Of a DNA stretch of 63,561 nt, positions 62,692 to 63,561 are shown in pieces. The translations under genes were made by a program, and so were the position numbers. Each line of letters begins with the position of its first letter. The first letter of the stretch is position 1. The notes beneath the pieces were generated by a model, which worked only from the letters and a program-made list of their open reading frames with translations, searched no databases and was not told the origin of the DNA. The DNA is from Guillardia theta CCMP2712 (taxonomy: Eukaryota > Protista > Cryptophyta): NCBI RefSeq assembly GCF_000315625.1, contig NW_005434657.1, positions 182,355-245,915 of the forward strand, given 5' to 3'.

Positions 62692-63300
62692 TCAGCTGCT
62701 CGGCGGCTTTTTGCCCCCTGATGCGCGGCTGGCACTCTCGATGCTCAAAGTACGTCGCGCCTCGGAGGCTTTCCGAGTCATGTCGATCTGGTGACTGACT
62801 CCGTGAAGACTATCTTTGGCGTCGAACAAAATGCCGTCGACCAGGGTCAACAGCACAGCCGAGGAGATCGCGATTGCCCCCAGCTCGAAGCCGTAACCCT
62901 CAACGATCAATCCGCTTATGCCGAGCAGTAGGACGACATTCACACACAGGAATGCACTGACCAGCACCATGAAGAGTAGGAGGGAAAGAGTTGCAAAACG
63001 AGCCGAACCTAGCCCATCCCGCAGAAATGACCCGGTCAAGATCACCGAGTAGATCTGAATGAATTGCAGAAAGTTTCCATCCGTCTTCTTATCCCCTGAT
63101 GAAAACTTCAGGCGTCCGAACTGCTCCTGGATTTCACTGATTCCATGGCCAGCTTGAAGTTTGCAAGACAAAGACGAGACCAAGGAGCTCAAGAAGCATC
63201 CACCGCAATAGGCTGAGAAGAGCAAAGCGAGGAGACGGATAGGCTTGTAAGGGAACCTCAGAAGAGGCATGGCGGATATCCTCGTGTCGCAGAGGGGTCT
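62692..63300 (-). CDS. Hypothetical multi-pass membrane protein (3' exon or exons)
   Basis: Several hydrophobic segments in the 240-aa ORF (LLALLFSAYCGGCFLSSLV, LSLLLFMVLVSAFLCVNVVLLLGI, AIAISSAVLLTLVDGILF). Confidence 0.55.
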   Translation of the reverse strand, partial: RPLCDTRISAMPLLRFPYKPIRLLALLFSAYCGGCFLSSLVSSLSCKLQAGHGISEIQEQFGRLKFSSGDKKTDGNFLQFIQIYSVILTGSFLRDGLGSARFATLSLLLFMVLVSAFLCVNVVLLLGISGLIVEGYGFELGAIAISSAVLLTLVDGILFDAKDSLHGVSHQIDMTRKASEARRTLSIESASRASGGKKPPSS

Positions 63301-63490
63301 ACACAGCAACGAATGTAAGTCTCGTTGTGTCAAGTCACGTGAGCCAATTGAATCATTTGGAATGCAACTAAACTGATGAAGACATCGAGCACACGAACAT
63401 GGAAAAAAATGCATGGAGGAGAAGATTAAGAGTACCGAGCAGGTGCGCTGTCAGGTGCAGGTTGCTGGTGCAAGTGCAAGAAAATTTGAG

Positions 63491-63560
<70 letters not shown>

Positions 63561-63561
63561 G
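63491..63561. repeat. (GTT)n microsatellite
   Basis: Direct reading of the sequence. Confidence 0.95.

Noticed and set aside
63491-63561. Telomeric repeat
   Set aside because: A simple (GTT)n microsatellite like the other intronic ones, not a TTAGGG-type repeat

Overview
Intron-dense eukaryotic nuclear DNA with short GT-AG introns that often carry purine-rich microsatellites. The style and an AxAF-type presequence suggest a cryptophyte such as Guillardia, but this is inference only. The first ~36 kb is an ordinary gene neighbourhood: Ulp1/SENP protease, AdoMetDC with a long spliced leader, beta-helix protein, ABCC transporter, Ubc6/UBE2J-type E2, DDX1, a Nudix hydrolase and several hypothetical genes. 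From ~36.2 to ~57.0 kb is an A-B-A-B'-A tandem amplification. Block A carries an intronless Crinkler/RHS-type protein (variable heptad coiled-coil header, P-loop NTPase, PD-(D/E)xK-like nuclease), a variable cargo slot (Cys-rich GCC2/GCC3 fragment in copies 1-2; PARP domain plus a perfect 23-bp array in copy 3) and the 5' half of an enolase gene. Block B is a 5'-truncated Crypton-type tyrosine recombinase, and B' also holds an in-frame Ty1/copia fragment. Each A starts at a palindrome whose core is inverted in copy 1 relative to copies 2 and 3. The window ends with the continuing enolase, a gene with near-identical 192-bp coding repeats, and a membrane-protein exon. Exon boundaries were read by eye and are approximate.
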